The position numbers were made by a program, and so were the translations under genes. Of a DNA stretch of 57,704 nucleotides, positions 1 to 12,945 are shown piece by piece. The DNA lies in NCBI RefSeq assembly GCF_004010195.1, contig NC_057757.1, forward strand, positions 699,759 to 757,462, given 5' to 3'. The notes beneath the pieces were generated by a model, which was not told the origin of the DNA, searched no databases, and worked only from the letters and a program-made list of their open reading frames with translations. Within the stretch, counting starts at the first letter, position 1; each line of letters starts with the position of its first letter. This DNA is from Chiloscyllium plagiosum (Eukaryota).

Positions 1-16
1 GTTCAGAGAGGGGGAC

Positions 17-74
<58 letters not shown>

Positions 75-145
75 GCAGCCAGGTAGAGAGAGATGGAGAG
101 GCAGGCAGGTAGAGAGACACGGAGAGAGAGAGAGAGAGAGAGGGG
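1..145. repeat. (GA)n-rich microsatellite
   Basis: AG/GA dinucleotide runs with AGAC variants. Confidence 0.95.
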
Positions 146-3061
146 GTGGAGAGCGAGAGGGCGGGGGAAAGGGGGAAAGAAAGAGTTGGGTTCAGAATGC
201 TTAATGTCCTAAAAACTCACTCAAAACACTACACGCAAGCACTCTTAGTTTCTGTATTATTGTCAGTTGGTGTAAAACAAACCAGTTTCTACTTTAAATT
301 CCATTTCAAATCCGGCAAGAGTCTGTAGCCACTCGACACAATAATGGAATCCTGGGACTCCAATTGTATGGTTTGCAAATGGTGATATTATTTTGTGTAT
401 TTATAGCTCTTTCAGCACTGCAATGCTTTTATTTGCCTGTGTTATCCTTGGGGCATGGCTGATTCAATATCATTAATTACTCATCTGTAATTGACATTTT
501 ATTATCTCAGCAGCAGTTACAATAAATGTGACCTGTGAGCCTGCTGCGGGCATGTGGAGGATTCCAATCAGCCAGGACCAGCTTGACACAATAGGGGATT
601 ACACTTGATGGGCTGAATGGCCTACCTTTCTGTAGCTCAAATGTTTGTATGAACTTTGAACCATTGCTGATGACTGCTTGGTAGACCCAGTCATGAAGAG
701 AAATCTGTGAGCAGGTTATAGAGGTAGGCTGACAGACTCCAGTGAGCGACATCTGTGCAGCAAAAGGAAAACCATTGAAGTCTAGTTGAGGCTATGGTGA
801 CCTGGGTTGGTTTAAGCCTTTTTTTCCTTCAATTATCTGCACCAGAGATCTTATTTGTGGAATTCTCTTCCAGCAAAAATGCTGCAATAGTTGTAGTTAT
901 TATTCTTTTGACTGGTTTCTGTGTCATGCTTCTAGCAAGCTTTGTTTGGTGACTGCAATTGTATTTGGAGCACTGGTCTCTGCTGGCCTAGCCTGTGATA
1001 GAGGGTTATTGACCATCTTTTCCCTCTACCCCAGCCTCTGGCTGTGTTGAAACACAGGGCTGTCTTCCTGTTCGTAATTCTGTTAGTGTCAGGAAACTGT
1101 CCAAACTGTGGCCTACCTTAGAAAACAACCTCAGGGCTGATTTACCATGGTAAATACACAAATGAAAATTATTACAAACTTCTATAGCAGAGGTTCTTAA
1201 AACTGTGGTCTGCTTGGTCCAGTGGAAACCTTTGAGAGTCTCGAGTGAAAAGTGAAATGCGAACTGGAGGATGGCTGCTACATACACTGTGGTTCTGTTG
1301 ACTGTCTCAACTAGGAGGGGGGTGTACAAGGAGACAAAATCAGGCCCACCCAGCTCACTGATAGCCCAAAGCAAGCACACATTTCCTCAAAAGCATTCAG
1401 CACCCCTCCCTAAACATATCAAAAGTCCACCTACACTGAGAGCAGCAACAACTAAGATGACAGCTCACCCTCACTTTAACAAGGGTGACGGGATAAGTAT
1501 TAACTGTTAGCCTAGCCAGCGACACTGACATCCCATGAATGAAGAACAAGCACTTCCCACACACAGTTAAGAGCATTCTCTTGAGTAACTGAGGGAAGGG
1601 CAGGACCAAGATCAGCCATTAATCCATTTGAAAATGGGGTTCCATCAACGCAACATATTGGAGAACTGATCAAAAAGGAAATCAACTATCCCCTTTAAAT
1701 CCAATTTAATGACAAGTGAGGCTGGTAAGCCTATGGATCACCATAGGCAAAATGGCTTAATTATAAATCAGAACTAGCATCAAACAGAGCAACTGGTCAG
1801 AAGCAAGACTGGAACTGCATTTCCACGAAGCTTGCATCAGACTAATGACAAAACCGAGCTAGGGAATGTTTTATACATACACGGTGGTATTTCGCAGTTA
1901 GATAAACTCACTTCGCGACTCACGAACGCCTATTCGTCATAGAATTAAACAGCACAGAAACAGAGCCTTGGGTCCAACTCGCCTATGCTGATCAGATACT
2001 AAAAACTGATCTAGTCCCATTTGCCAGTGTTTAACCAATAGTCAGGTGTGTGATGGAATATTCTCCACTTGCCTTAATGATACAGCTCCAACAACACAAT
2101 GAGCTGGACACCATCCAGGTGGAAAGTAACCCATTGACTGACATTCCACCCATTGTGCTGCACTGAGCAAATCAAGACTCCTCCAAACAGCAACCTCTAC
2201 AACTGAAAAGGTAAGGGTAGCAATCAAACATCATTCTAGTTCAGAACTACACCACCATACCTTCATGGTCCCTGGGTCAAATACTGGAGCGCCTTCTTGA
2301 TAGGCATAGATATACGGACTGTGGTGGTTCAAGTAGGGCAATTAAATTGAGGCTGGAAATGTCAGTAATGCCCACATTCCTAGAAAGAAACATGCTTCCA
2401 GCTTCAAGGAAAACCCTGTGGAAAGTAGGAATGCAACCTGAAATAACAATGGATTGTTTGAACTGCCAAGCTTACAAAGTTAGACTCTCACTACAAACAC
2501 AAGAACTCTACCAATATAAACAGTGAAATTCACCAAACTGTGTGTAACTCAGGAGGTAAATAGCAGATGGAAATTCACAGAGATCATCCTGCCCTGACAG
2601 TGCCACTTCATAAACATGGCCCAAGTCCCCCTGTCACTGAGGGTACTATACTTTACTCTGCACTACAGACACCCAGTGACAACCAGACTGTGCTTCAACT
2701 AACAAGCCAGGTAACCACCACTCAATGATAATCCACACCCCTCCCCATCCAACCCAGTTAATCCAGCTGTCCTGTCCCCCCTGACAGCAACATCCACACA
2801 AAACAGAGCATCACCCAGTCATTTAGGATGAAGTGCCCATTGCAGGTTATAATTGCCATTTTCCTCTATTACTGATTGGACATGGAATTGTTTGTAGTAG
2901 TTTACTGGCAAGTGGAGTGTGTCTCCTCAACAGTAGAATCACAGGAGGCTGATAGCATAGGATACACACCTGGAAAATAGACTGCAGGATTGTGTGATGG
3001 TTACAGAACAGTAACCCAAGAGAGGTGGTGAAAAAAAGTCAGCCAAAATAGCAGTACTCAC

Positions 3062-3114
3062 TTGTTCTCAAAGGCAATGGTGACGGAATCATCATGAACA
3101 TCTTTGACAAATCC
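3062..3114 (-). CDS. FXR2: Fragile X-related protein, coding exon 2 (GFVKDVHDDSVTIAFEN-N)
   Basis: This 53-nt exon has a long polypyrimidine tract and CAG acceptor (3115-3140) and an AA|GTGAGT donor. It joins exon 1 in phase 0. The peptide is closest to FXR2 GFVKDVHEDSVTIFFENN (FXR1 GFIK..SLTVV; FMR1 AFVK..SITVA). It is too short for the ORF track. Confidence 0.92.
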
Positions 3115-3754
3115 CTGAGAGAAAAAAAAGAGAAAAAGAGACAAATTAAATAAAATCTAGGCAATAGAAAGAATGAGGAAAAGAACAAATTTAAAAATCA
3201 GCTGTGACTTCACTATCCAATCCTCCAACATATTAGATCACAGAATCCCATCAGGAATATATTTCAAAAACAATTATATGCCATCCAAGAACTAATACTA
3301 AATTACAGGCCTCAAAACTGCACCTCCTTCACCCCTAGCACTCTAACCAAAGTTCAGAATGATTCAATAATTCACTAAGTGCTTCAAATATACTCAAACG
3401 TTATCATCTCTCAGAATCCTGGAATCTAATGTTAAGCCTAGTATAGAGTGATCTTTGCTGACAGGCATGTCACCAACTTTCTGCCACACTGGAATACTAG
3501 CTGTTCTGCAAACTAAAAGTAATCTACTGACGCCATCTTCAATACTCAAACCCCCTCAGCACACTTCAACCTAGATTTCAGATTCCCCACAGACCCAAAA
3601 GATAAATGGGCAAAGCTAAATTACATTACAAATAGCTTGCAAACATCTATTTGGGTGAGGTGAATCACCATCTTTCCAGTCCCTGTTCTGAAAGAACTAT
3701 TTGTCTGGTATAGAAGCCAAGCTATTGGAGAGATATTAGATGTGTCCTGGAACA

Positions 3755-4350
3755 GTGATGGCCTTAGTGGTATTATCGTTGCACTGTTAACTCAGACCGA
3801 TGTTCTAGAGACCTGGGTTGCCCAAAGATGTGCAGGTTAGGTGAGGTGGCCATGCTAAATTACCCATAATGTCAGGGATGTGCAGGTTAGGTGCATTAGT
3901 CAGGGGTAAATGTAGAATAATTGGGGAGAGGAAATGGGTCTGGGTGGGTTACTCTTCGGAGGGTCGGTGTGGACTTATTGGGACAAAGGGCCTGTTTCCA
4001 CACTGTGCACAAAAGTCCACTACCACACAAACAGCTGCCCTTGAGGGGTCAATGCAAAGGGAATCTATGGGTTCAAACCCAACCATGGCACATGGCAGGA
4101 TTTACATTTAATTAATATTTGGAATTAAGATTGTAATAATTGCCATGAATCCATTATCAATTGTCACAAAAACCCATCTGGTTCACTAATGTCCTTTCGG
4201 GAAGCAAACTGCTGTCCTTACCTGATCTGGCCTACATGTGACTCCAGACCCACAGCAATGTGACTGACTCTTAACTGCCCCTGGGCAATTAGGCATGGGT
4301 AATAAATGCTGCCTAGCCAGCAATGCCCCTCATCCTGTGAATTAATGAAG
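3755..4350 (+). mobile_element. tRNA-headed SINE (family 2) interrupted by a 5'-truncated HE1/V-SINE (3820-4067)
   Basis: Head TAGTGG...GGGTTCAAACCC; body cccatctggttcactaatgtcc...cctacatgtgactccagacccacagc; tail aataaatgctg. The HE1 insert is flanked by a TGGGTT duplication (3814-3819 / 4068-4073). Confidence 0.8.
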
Positions 4351-6314
4351 GAGGTAGTATTAAACCCACACTTGCCCTCAATCAAAATGACTGAGCTCTC
4401 GAAACCTAGTGGATTACTCTGGATTGACAGATACGGCCACTCCTTCCTGACAAAATACTTTTTCCTGAATCGATTTTCCTGCTCCTCGGATGCTGCCCGA
4501 CCTGCTGTGCTTTTTCAGCATCACACTCTTGACTCGGATCCTCACTTTGGCCTAGATACGGCCACTATCAGTGTGACACTAAAATCTTTCTTACTCCATC
4601 TCCTGACCCAGTCCGGACAAAATCACATTGGAACAATCAGTAGTGAACACATCTGAGCGTGGTTTTAAAATAGCAGAACTGTAAACTGAAGGAATGTTTC
4701 TATACTGAGCAGATGACCAGAGAACTGTTCCAAAATGACTAATTCACCCCGGTGCTGAAAACTTGAACAGCTGCACAAAGGTCCACTACCACACAATCAG
4801 CTGCCCTTGAGGGGTCAATGCAAAGGCTGCACCCGGCCCTGCACTTCAGGTTGTCACCAACTACAGTTATAAAGGTCCCAAACAAAACAAGATGAGAAAA
4901 TCAGGGCAGAGTCTGCACAAGAGGATTAATAAAAAGTACCTTCGACATGGAAGGTAATGTTAACTTAGCAAGTCAGTTGTACAATTACTATTTATAATTT
5001 ACTTCACCCAGAAACAGACCACATGGGCCAGCTATCGTCTGGGTTCTGCTCCAAACAAGCCACATCTCATCCTCAGTATATCCTTCAATTTCTCTCTTCG
5101 GTGTGTTTATCCAGCTTCCCCTTCTATATTGATATACACCCCAGCTCCTCCCTTTGGGAGGAAGTTCCACATTCTCCCTATTTTCCGAACAAAACTCTTA
5201 CTTAACTTGGTAGTACATGTGGAAAGCAACCTATTCATTCCAAATCCTGGCCATGTGCCCTCAGTTTGTTTGGGGGCGAGGGATAAGTGGTGCTTGAAAG
5301 ACAGAAGGGGAGATCATCTTAAAACCGTGACATTGGAACTTAGAAGAAAATGAAACAAAGGCGAAGTTAAAAGTTTCATGCTGGTTTATTTTTAATCCAG
5401 ACTGGCCAGCCAGCATGTAGGAGGGAAAAGGGCAGCGCTATAAAAAGCCAGCAACTACTGGAGCTTGTGAAATCAATCTCAGTCATGAATGCCAAGACTA
5501 GAGGCAGCCCACAGTGAGGCTGATGTGAGAGAATACTTGCATCTAATACTTGCAGGAACAGAGCCACTCACCATCTTTCTTCATAGGAAGCTTCTAGTGA
5601 AAGCTCAGTACAAAACAAGTACAGAGCAAGGACACACCACAACTAGGTTCCATTTAGATAGGCTTGTAAGGAACTCATGTTGGTTAACCAGTGGATAAAC
5701 CCCTCTGAACCAAAGTGGCATGTCAGATACCAGCAACATGAACCGCAGAATCAAAGATCACAAAGGAGGAATAATATCTGACTGCACACCGAGCTCAACA
5801 TGCACCACCTCATCGATGAAAATCATCCTTTTCCTTCATGTGCACTGAAGAACATCCCATTTTCAAAACGAGCAGACATTTAAACCCTCTGCCAAGTAGC
5901 ATTTTATCCAAATTACACCAGAATGCCACCTCCCAATACAAAGGGAGTAGAGTCAAAGAAAAACATTACAGCACAGGACCAGGCCCTCAGCCTTCCAAGC
6001 CTGCTGCCTCTATCTAAACCTGTCACCTATTTTCCAAGAATCGGTATCCCTCTGCTCCCTGCCCATTCACTTATCTGTGAATCAAACTATCAGTAATAGC
6101 AACATCATACTCCCAGGTACTAAGCCAAGCCTTAGGTTCATCTGCCTTACCTACTACACTTCTCATATTAAAACAAACGCATCTCAACCACCTGACCCTG
6201 CGTGTTCATTATCTGCTCCCTGCCTACTCTTCCCCTTAGTCACGCTGACTTCATTATCTAGTTCCTTACAGGCTTTAGTTACTACCTCCATACTGCCCAC
6301 TATCATTTGATTTC

Positions 6315-7035
6315 TATCCCCCCACCACATTAGTTCAAACCCTCCCCAGTGTTAGCAAAAGCACCCTCAAGGACATTGGTTCCAGTCCTGCCCAGGTGTA
6401 GACCATCTGATTTTGGTAATAGTCCCACCGCCCCAAAAAAATCGGAATCCCTCCCTCCTGCACCATCTCTCAAGCCACGCATTCGTCCTACTGATGCTTC
6501 CATTTCTACCCTGACTAGCACGGAGCACTGGTAGCAATCCTGAGATTACTACCTTGGAGGTCCTTGGCTCCTAACTCCCCAAGTTCTGCTTGTAGGACCT
6601 CATCCCGTTGATTACCGATAATCATTGATGTCTATGTGCACCACAACAGCTGGCAGCTCCCCCTCCCCCTTCACAATGTTCTGCAGCTGATCCAAGACAT
6701 TCCTGACCCATGCACCTTGGAGGCAACATACCATTCCGGAGTCTTTTCCACCACAGAAACGCCTATCTAATCCCCTTACAGTTGAATCCCCTATGACTAT
6801 AACCCTTCCACACTTTTTCCCACCCTTCTGAACAGCAGAGCCAGCCACGGTGCCATGAACCTGGCTACAGCTGCCTTCCCCTGGTGAGCCATCTCCAACA
6901 GTATCCAAAACAGCATACCTGTTTTGGAGGGAGATGACTGCAGGGGACACCTGCACTGCCTTCCTGCTCTTTCTCCACGTTTTGGTCACCCATTCCCTTT
7001 CTCCCTCCGCAATCCTAATCTGCATTTGGGGAGTA
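6315..7035 (-). mobile_element. CR1 LINE ORF1 remnant with SGNH/GDSL esterase-like domain
   Basis: ORF 6612-7100 encodes LQNRYAVL, VIVIGDSTVRG (GDS block), VCCLQGA and VVVHIDIND (degenerate GxND), as is typical of CR1 ORF1p. Confidence 0.8.
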
Positions 7036-7194
7036 TTTTCTGTATGAGTGTTTCTGGCTACCCAACCATAAATACAAAGAAAATCAATAAAAATTTTCAC
7101 ATGACCAATCTAGGACAGTATCTTGTTAAACCTAACCGGAGAATGTAACTTTCAAAAGATGTTTTGTGATTAACGAATGAAAAGTGAAACTAAC

Positions 7195-7400
7195 ATGGTC
7201 ATTCTAACACGAGACACTTAACAATCAAGCTTTGTTTCAATGTATAATTTCAGTTACATCACACTGTAAACATTTCCTATAAACTCTGCCTTACAATCTT
7301 ATACTCCACAACCACCTGATGAAGGAGCAGCCCTCCAAAAGTTAGTGCTTCCAATTAAACCTGGACTATATCCTGGTGTTGAGAGATTTTTAAATTTGCT
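7195..7400 (+). mobile_element. Penelope-like terminal repeat fragment with decayed minimal hammerhead (7313-7347)
   Basis: CAC-CTGATGA-AGGAG-CAGCC-CTCC-AAAA-GTTA-GTG; same family as the copy at 34695-34815. Confidence 0.65.
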
Positions 7401-9439
7401 CATGAGAGTTTCCATTCATAGCGATGAATGGCAATTGAAAAAGATTAGTGCAAAATGCTAGTTTTCCCTAAGAAGGAAAAGTCAAGCAGGTTAAATAAAG
7501 TCATTACAAGAATTCTATACAAACCCCGACACACAGCTTTGCTCAAACAGAATCACAGGTTCCCTCATCACTCCTAAACCAGCCCAGGAACCTCCAACAC
7601 AACACACTATGGTTTTCCTGTTCAAGGGAGTTTGTGGGCCAAGAGCCAGTCTGATTTACACCACCACAGATACAGCAAGGCAGCAGGCTAAAATGAGGAT
7701 TGTACCATGTGGTTTTGACACCAAATCACCAATCCAACTGGCCCCTAAGGAGTTCAAGTTGCCATGGCAATATACACAATGTATGTTGTAGCCCTGAGTT
7801 GTCAGCAGTGAAAGCAAAGACCCCAAACTTCCTTTGGCCACATGACTAACCAGAAATCTCTTGTTTTTACTGCCTACCGTTCATGTGCACTGGGAAGGTT
7901 TACAAGTTGATCCTCAACTTGACTGGCCACAATATAAAACGTGCACTGCAAATCCTGCAGTGGGAGCCAAACCTGGAATTCAGAGACAGGGATACAACCT
8001 ACTGCGCCAAACCTACATCACACCAGGATTTTACCCAATATATTGGTCTCAAAGTTAAACATGGTGAGAACATTACGTGAGGTCATTATGGCACGTGCCC
8101 TGGCAGCTGAGGAAGAATGGTACCGGACAAAAGTCAAAATGCAGCTTTCCAATGCTCACCCAGGTATATGCCAGAGCACTGGAGGGGGTGGGGGTACAAA
8201 TCCTAGTCATTCCATTAGTAAGCAGGAAGTGCTGTGTTTAGAACAGACTATCTGCCAAGTTAGTCACTGTCCCAAATCATTACTACCACTGTCAAGTCTC
8301 AGCCAACTTCACTCAGTACATAACACAAATGATATTAAACCAGGCAGGCTTTCTGCCATCGCTGCATTTATTCCAGTTCAGTAAATCCCCATCAATACGT
8401 TTGATGAGAAGCAAATACTTCTTTGATCAGATCATACATTTGTTGCATGTGCCACTCATTACTGAGTCACTCGAGTTCAGAACCACTTTCCAGACAGTGT
8501 CATTGGCAGTATCTTCAAATTCATCACGCCCTCCTCTCCTCCCATTACATACACAATGCAAGTCTTCAGACAAGTGCCACCCCCCAAAATGACCAGGGAA
8601 GGCAGCAAAGTCAGAGGTGCCATCTCTTAAAGCAGAGCCTCATGTGTTCAAAATGACTATGAAAGATGCCACAATGCTGAGCAAGTGAACTGCCCACAGT
8701 ATGTTCTATTGGCTGTAAATTCTTTCAGGTTTCCCAAGGCTGTGAAAGGCACTACAATAATCTGATTTGGCAGCTGTCTTTCCTTCCATTAGCCCTTCAC
8801 ACACTACCAAGATCAACACCACTCCACCCCCCAAAAAAAATCAAAAGGGCAGAAACAATGCCACACAAAAACAGACATTGGACAAGCTCAGCAGGTCTGG
8901 CAGCATGTAGAGAAAAAAAAGTGAACCATTGAGTCCAGTGACAACTCTTCAGTTCTGCTACAACTCAGTTCTGAAACATTTCCTGAGTTTCTCCAGCAAT
9001 TTGTTTTGGTTTCAGATTTCCAGCATCTACAGTGGTTTCATGGTAGCAACTACTCATCTGACTTCCATGTTCAATTCTCATGCCATTTCATTCTTAGACT
9101 CATCACTTCCACCTCTCTCCATTACTCATCCATAGCAGTAAGCCTTCTTGGATTTAGCCTCAAACAGCATAAATAAATTCACATCCCAAAATCCCAGGCT
9201 CAATTCCAATTCTACAAATTAGTTGCTCTGCTACTGCAAATACTAGGCCAGTGTAACTGGTTATTGATTGGAGAAGTGGAGACAAGTCTGGGAAGGGGTG
9301 CTAACACCAAACTCTTTCCTTAGTTCTCCAAACAGGTCTCTGTTGAAGGGCTGCAGACCTAACTCCAATCACACAACTACCTGACTAGCAGTTGAACATA
9401 ACCAGTTCCATTCCTTCTGATAGGGGAGCCCAAAACTAG

Positions 9440-9735
9440 AAGAGGTTTATAAATGTGCAGGTTAGGTGAATTGGCCATGCTAAATTGCCCACAGTGTTAG
9501 GTGAAGGGGTAAATGTAGGGGAATGAGTCTGGGTGGGTTGCGCTTCGGCAGGTCTGTGTGGACTTGGGCCGAAGGGCCTGTTTCAACACTAAGTAATCTA
9601 ATCTAATCTAATCTGCTTGGGGAAGTGGTAGATGCAAGTACAACTACAATGTTTAAAAGGATATTTTGACAGGTACATTGATAGGAAAGGTTGAGGGGGA
9701 TATGGGCCAAACGCAGGCAAATGGGACTAGCTTTC
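9440..9735 (+). mobile_element. HE1/V-SINE 3' part (9454-9613) nested in a CR1 3' fragment
   Basis: tgtgcaggttaggtgaattggccatgc...(TAATC)n tail, with flanks matching the CR1 3' end. Confidence 0.75.
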
Positions 9736-11004
9736 AATGATGGATGCCCTGGACATCAAGAGCTTAGTGTTTGCGAGAAACATGCACTCAGTCATATTCC
9801 AATGCAGAAACAGTGCTGTCCAATATTCACGTCCCAACAGCATGGCAGATGTACCTACATCTCTTAGATTGCAGTTCAACAGTGACTCAACTTAGCCTGA
9901 CCTTCAAGGTCAGTTACAGGCAGACAATAACTGCTGGCCTTACCCATGACACACATCCCATGAAAGACTAAAACAAGTAGCGCATTGTTTTGACCAGAAA
10001 TCCTCAATTACTGCAGAATGCCAGAGATGTTTGACAATCCACCCAATATTTTCTGGACAAGCATTACATATGGACATCCATGTAATGGAAATTTCAAGCT
10101 TCCTCCACCCTTTAATATGAGGGACCCTAAGTCAGCCGAGACGTGATCCAGATCCACATATTTAAACCCTCTACAAGCTCACTATCTTTTTTTCCTCCCG
10201 AAGTTAAACTTCCAATCTACACCTTTGATCTGCTAGTATCCTTCACACCCAGATATCGCTAAAGTAGACTTACAAGCTCCCTGCTTCCTCAACTTTAAAC
10301 AGCAGCTGGTTAGGTTGTAGTTTTATTGATTTTCCCTCATAAGACAACCCTACCTCCCTGGAATGTCTAGGCAACCTTCATTGGGTTGCCTCCAATCCAG
10401 GTCCACCCCTCCTTAAATAATGAGATGATGTGGGTCTGACATCAGTTTCACTGGAGGACAGCACAATCCACACAGTAACGCTGCTTTCTCTCAAATTGTT
10501 CTCATTAAGTGCACTTCAATCGATAATCAACTAACCCAGAGGCAATACCTTGTTTTGCTGCATACAATACATAACGCTCCACAGGTGTGGATACCAGCAA
10601 AATTGAACTTGGAGCAACATATGGAAGTATTCAGGACAGGGGACCAAAAACTTAGTCAAAGGTGGCACAGGGTAAGGAGGAGAGAATTTAGGCAGAATTT
10701 GAGAGACAAGGGTTTGAGCTGCTGAATGTTAGAGAGAGGTGGGGGGGGGGNNNNNNNNNNNNNNNNNNNNNNNNNNNNNNNNNNNNNNNNNNNNNNNNNN
10801 NNNNNNNNNNNNNNNNNNNNNNNNNNNNNNNNNNNNNNNNNNNNNNNNNNNNCTCCCCTCAGCGCTGACCCTGAGACAGTTTGGTGCCTTACCTTGGTAG
10901 GCAGGGATCATTTCTTCCTGAACACTTGGTGTCAATATCCTGGTGATACCTCGTTGATGTGTAGTGATGTCCATCATTAGCATCAAGATAAAGTTCTGCA
11001 ACTA

Positions 11005-11260
11005 TGAGGGAGAGAGTGAGTGTATGAGGGAGGGAGAGTGAGTACAGGGGAGTGTGTGTGGGAGTGTGTGAATGAATGAGTAAGAAAGTGATGAGGGAAT
11101 GAAAGTGGGTGTGTGTTAGGACGTGAGGGAAAAAGTGATAGAGGGAGCAAGTGGGCAAGTAATACTGAGAAAGAAAGAAAGAGAGAAAGAGAGAGAAAAA
11201 GAGGGAGAGAGAGAAAAAGAGGGAGAGAGAGAAAAAGGAGAGAGAGAGAGAGAGAGGAAG
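11005..11260. repeat. GA/GT low-complexity repeat
   Basis: GAGT/GAAA/GA runs. Confidence 0.85.
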
Positions 11261-12607
11261 GGACACACACAGCCCAAGAGACCCATGGCTGTCACTGGCT
11301 GGTTACCATGTGGATGTGATACGAGGTAATCTTACCGTGGAGGCTTCAGATGCCAGTATCTATGACACAACCTTATTTGGGATTGTTCATTTACATTACT
11401 CAGCTTCTGCTCTTTTACAGACTCCACAATCATTTTCAAAATGGAACTCTCTTTTAAAGCTGACAAAATACAAGGACTGAGTGTTTTTCTAACCTCAGGC
11501 ATTCCAATAAAAACTTGCACTAATACCAGTACAGCAGACAAAGGCACTTCCCCCAGCCTCCTGCTATCATCACTCACGCTGGCCTGCAAATCAAAAATGA
11601 CTGGGACTGGGGTGCTTTTTTGAAACCCTTACAACATGGACACATCTTGCTTGAAACCACCTCAGTTTGCTTTCAGTCATAGCTATATCAGTGTCTAAGT
11701 TCTCTCATTACCAGTAAGAGGCAGAAACTACATCTTCCATTCTCCCACTTGAATTCACAGCCAAGGACATTGTATGACATGCATCTCTCTGATCCCTGAA
11801 CAACTGCAAACTGAAAGCCAATTGGACGGCGAGGTGCTCTAAAGATTCGTGCGACTAAATTAAAGTTGACACTGGCAATAAAACACAAAGGAGCCTGAAA
11901 GGCAGCAAATAGAAAAGGACTTTTATTGTCTCTAAGAGGCTAGATACAAATTCTAGACATTGTATTAATTTTCTCTGTTCATTTGATTCTTTTATTCACC
12001 ATCTGTGCTGATATTACAAGGGACGTAGAGGTCAACAAACCACTCACACCTATTTTGTCACGTACATCTGATCAATGAAAAGTATTACCGTCATGTCCAC
12101 TGATGTCATGGAGTATGTTCAAGACAGAAAGCAATGGATTTCTCGAGACCAATGCCTGAGCCTCCACAATCTGAGGTAGAGAATTCCAAAGATTCAGGAA
12201 CACCTTTGAAGAAATTCCTCTTCATCCAAGTTCGAAAGAGCGCTCCTTTATTCAGGGATTACATCCCCTGAATGTAGACTTGCTAGCTAGAGAAAACATC
12301 CTACCTATATCTACTTTGTCATTCCCTAACAAGATTTGTACTCTTGAATAAGGTCACCAATCTTCAACATCCCATAGAATAAAAGTCCATTTTCCCACGT
12401 ACAGCCCCAAAACAGCTGACCTTCCATTTTGTTTCCTTAAAACGGGAGGGTACATCCTTCCTTAGGTAAGAGGAACTTTTAAAAAACTACACAATACTCC
12501 AGGTGCAGTCTCACCAAGGCCCCATAACTAACAAGGTATCCATTCTCCTATACTCAAAACCCCACCTTGAAACAAGGGCCATGCTAATGAGGAAGCTTAC
12601 AGACTAG

Positions 12608-12945
12608 AAGAAGAAGAACATAAAGTGTAGGAGGCCATCTGGCCCCTCGAGCCCTCTCTGCCATTCAAGATGATCACGGCTGATCCTTTCATGGACTCAG
12701 CTCCACTTACCTGCCTACTCACTACAATCTTTAATTCCTTTACTTTTCAAAACTCCATCTATCTTTGCCTTAAAAACATGTGAGGTAGTTTGAATTGCTT
12801 CACTGGATGGGAAATTCCACAGATTCACAACCTTTTGGGTGAAGTTGTTCTTCCTCAACTCAGTTCTAAATCTCTTCCACCTTATTTTGAGGGCATGCCC
12901 CCTGGTTCGAGTTTCCCCCACCAGTGGGAACACCCTCTTTGCTTC
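12608..12945 (-). mobile_element. CR1 LINE 3' fragment
   Basis: ORF 12715-12933 (FPLVGETRTRGH..FTQKVVNLWN) is the CR1 ORF2 C-terminus. Confidence 0.8.

Noticed and set aside
1006..1510. ORFs in intron 2 as possible FXR exon 3
   Set aside because: There is no match to the expected exon 3 peptide (WQ.ERQ.PF.DVR.PPP), so exon 3 must lie left of the window.
7758..7771. RFX X-box-like palindrome GTTGCCATGGCAAT
   Set aside because: It is an isolated motif deep in the intron with no supporting context.
7600..8660. Cluster of short overlapping ORFs
   Set aside because: I recognise no domain or convincing splice structure. It may be an old TE, but I cannot assign it.
8925..8960. Possible hammerhead remnant (minus-strand CTGAAGA)
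   Set aside because: It is too decayed: there is no GAAA and no clean stem II.
10889..11329. Ser/Leu/Phe-rich and Arg/Glu-rich ORFs
   Set aside because: They are translations of GA/GT microsatellite.
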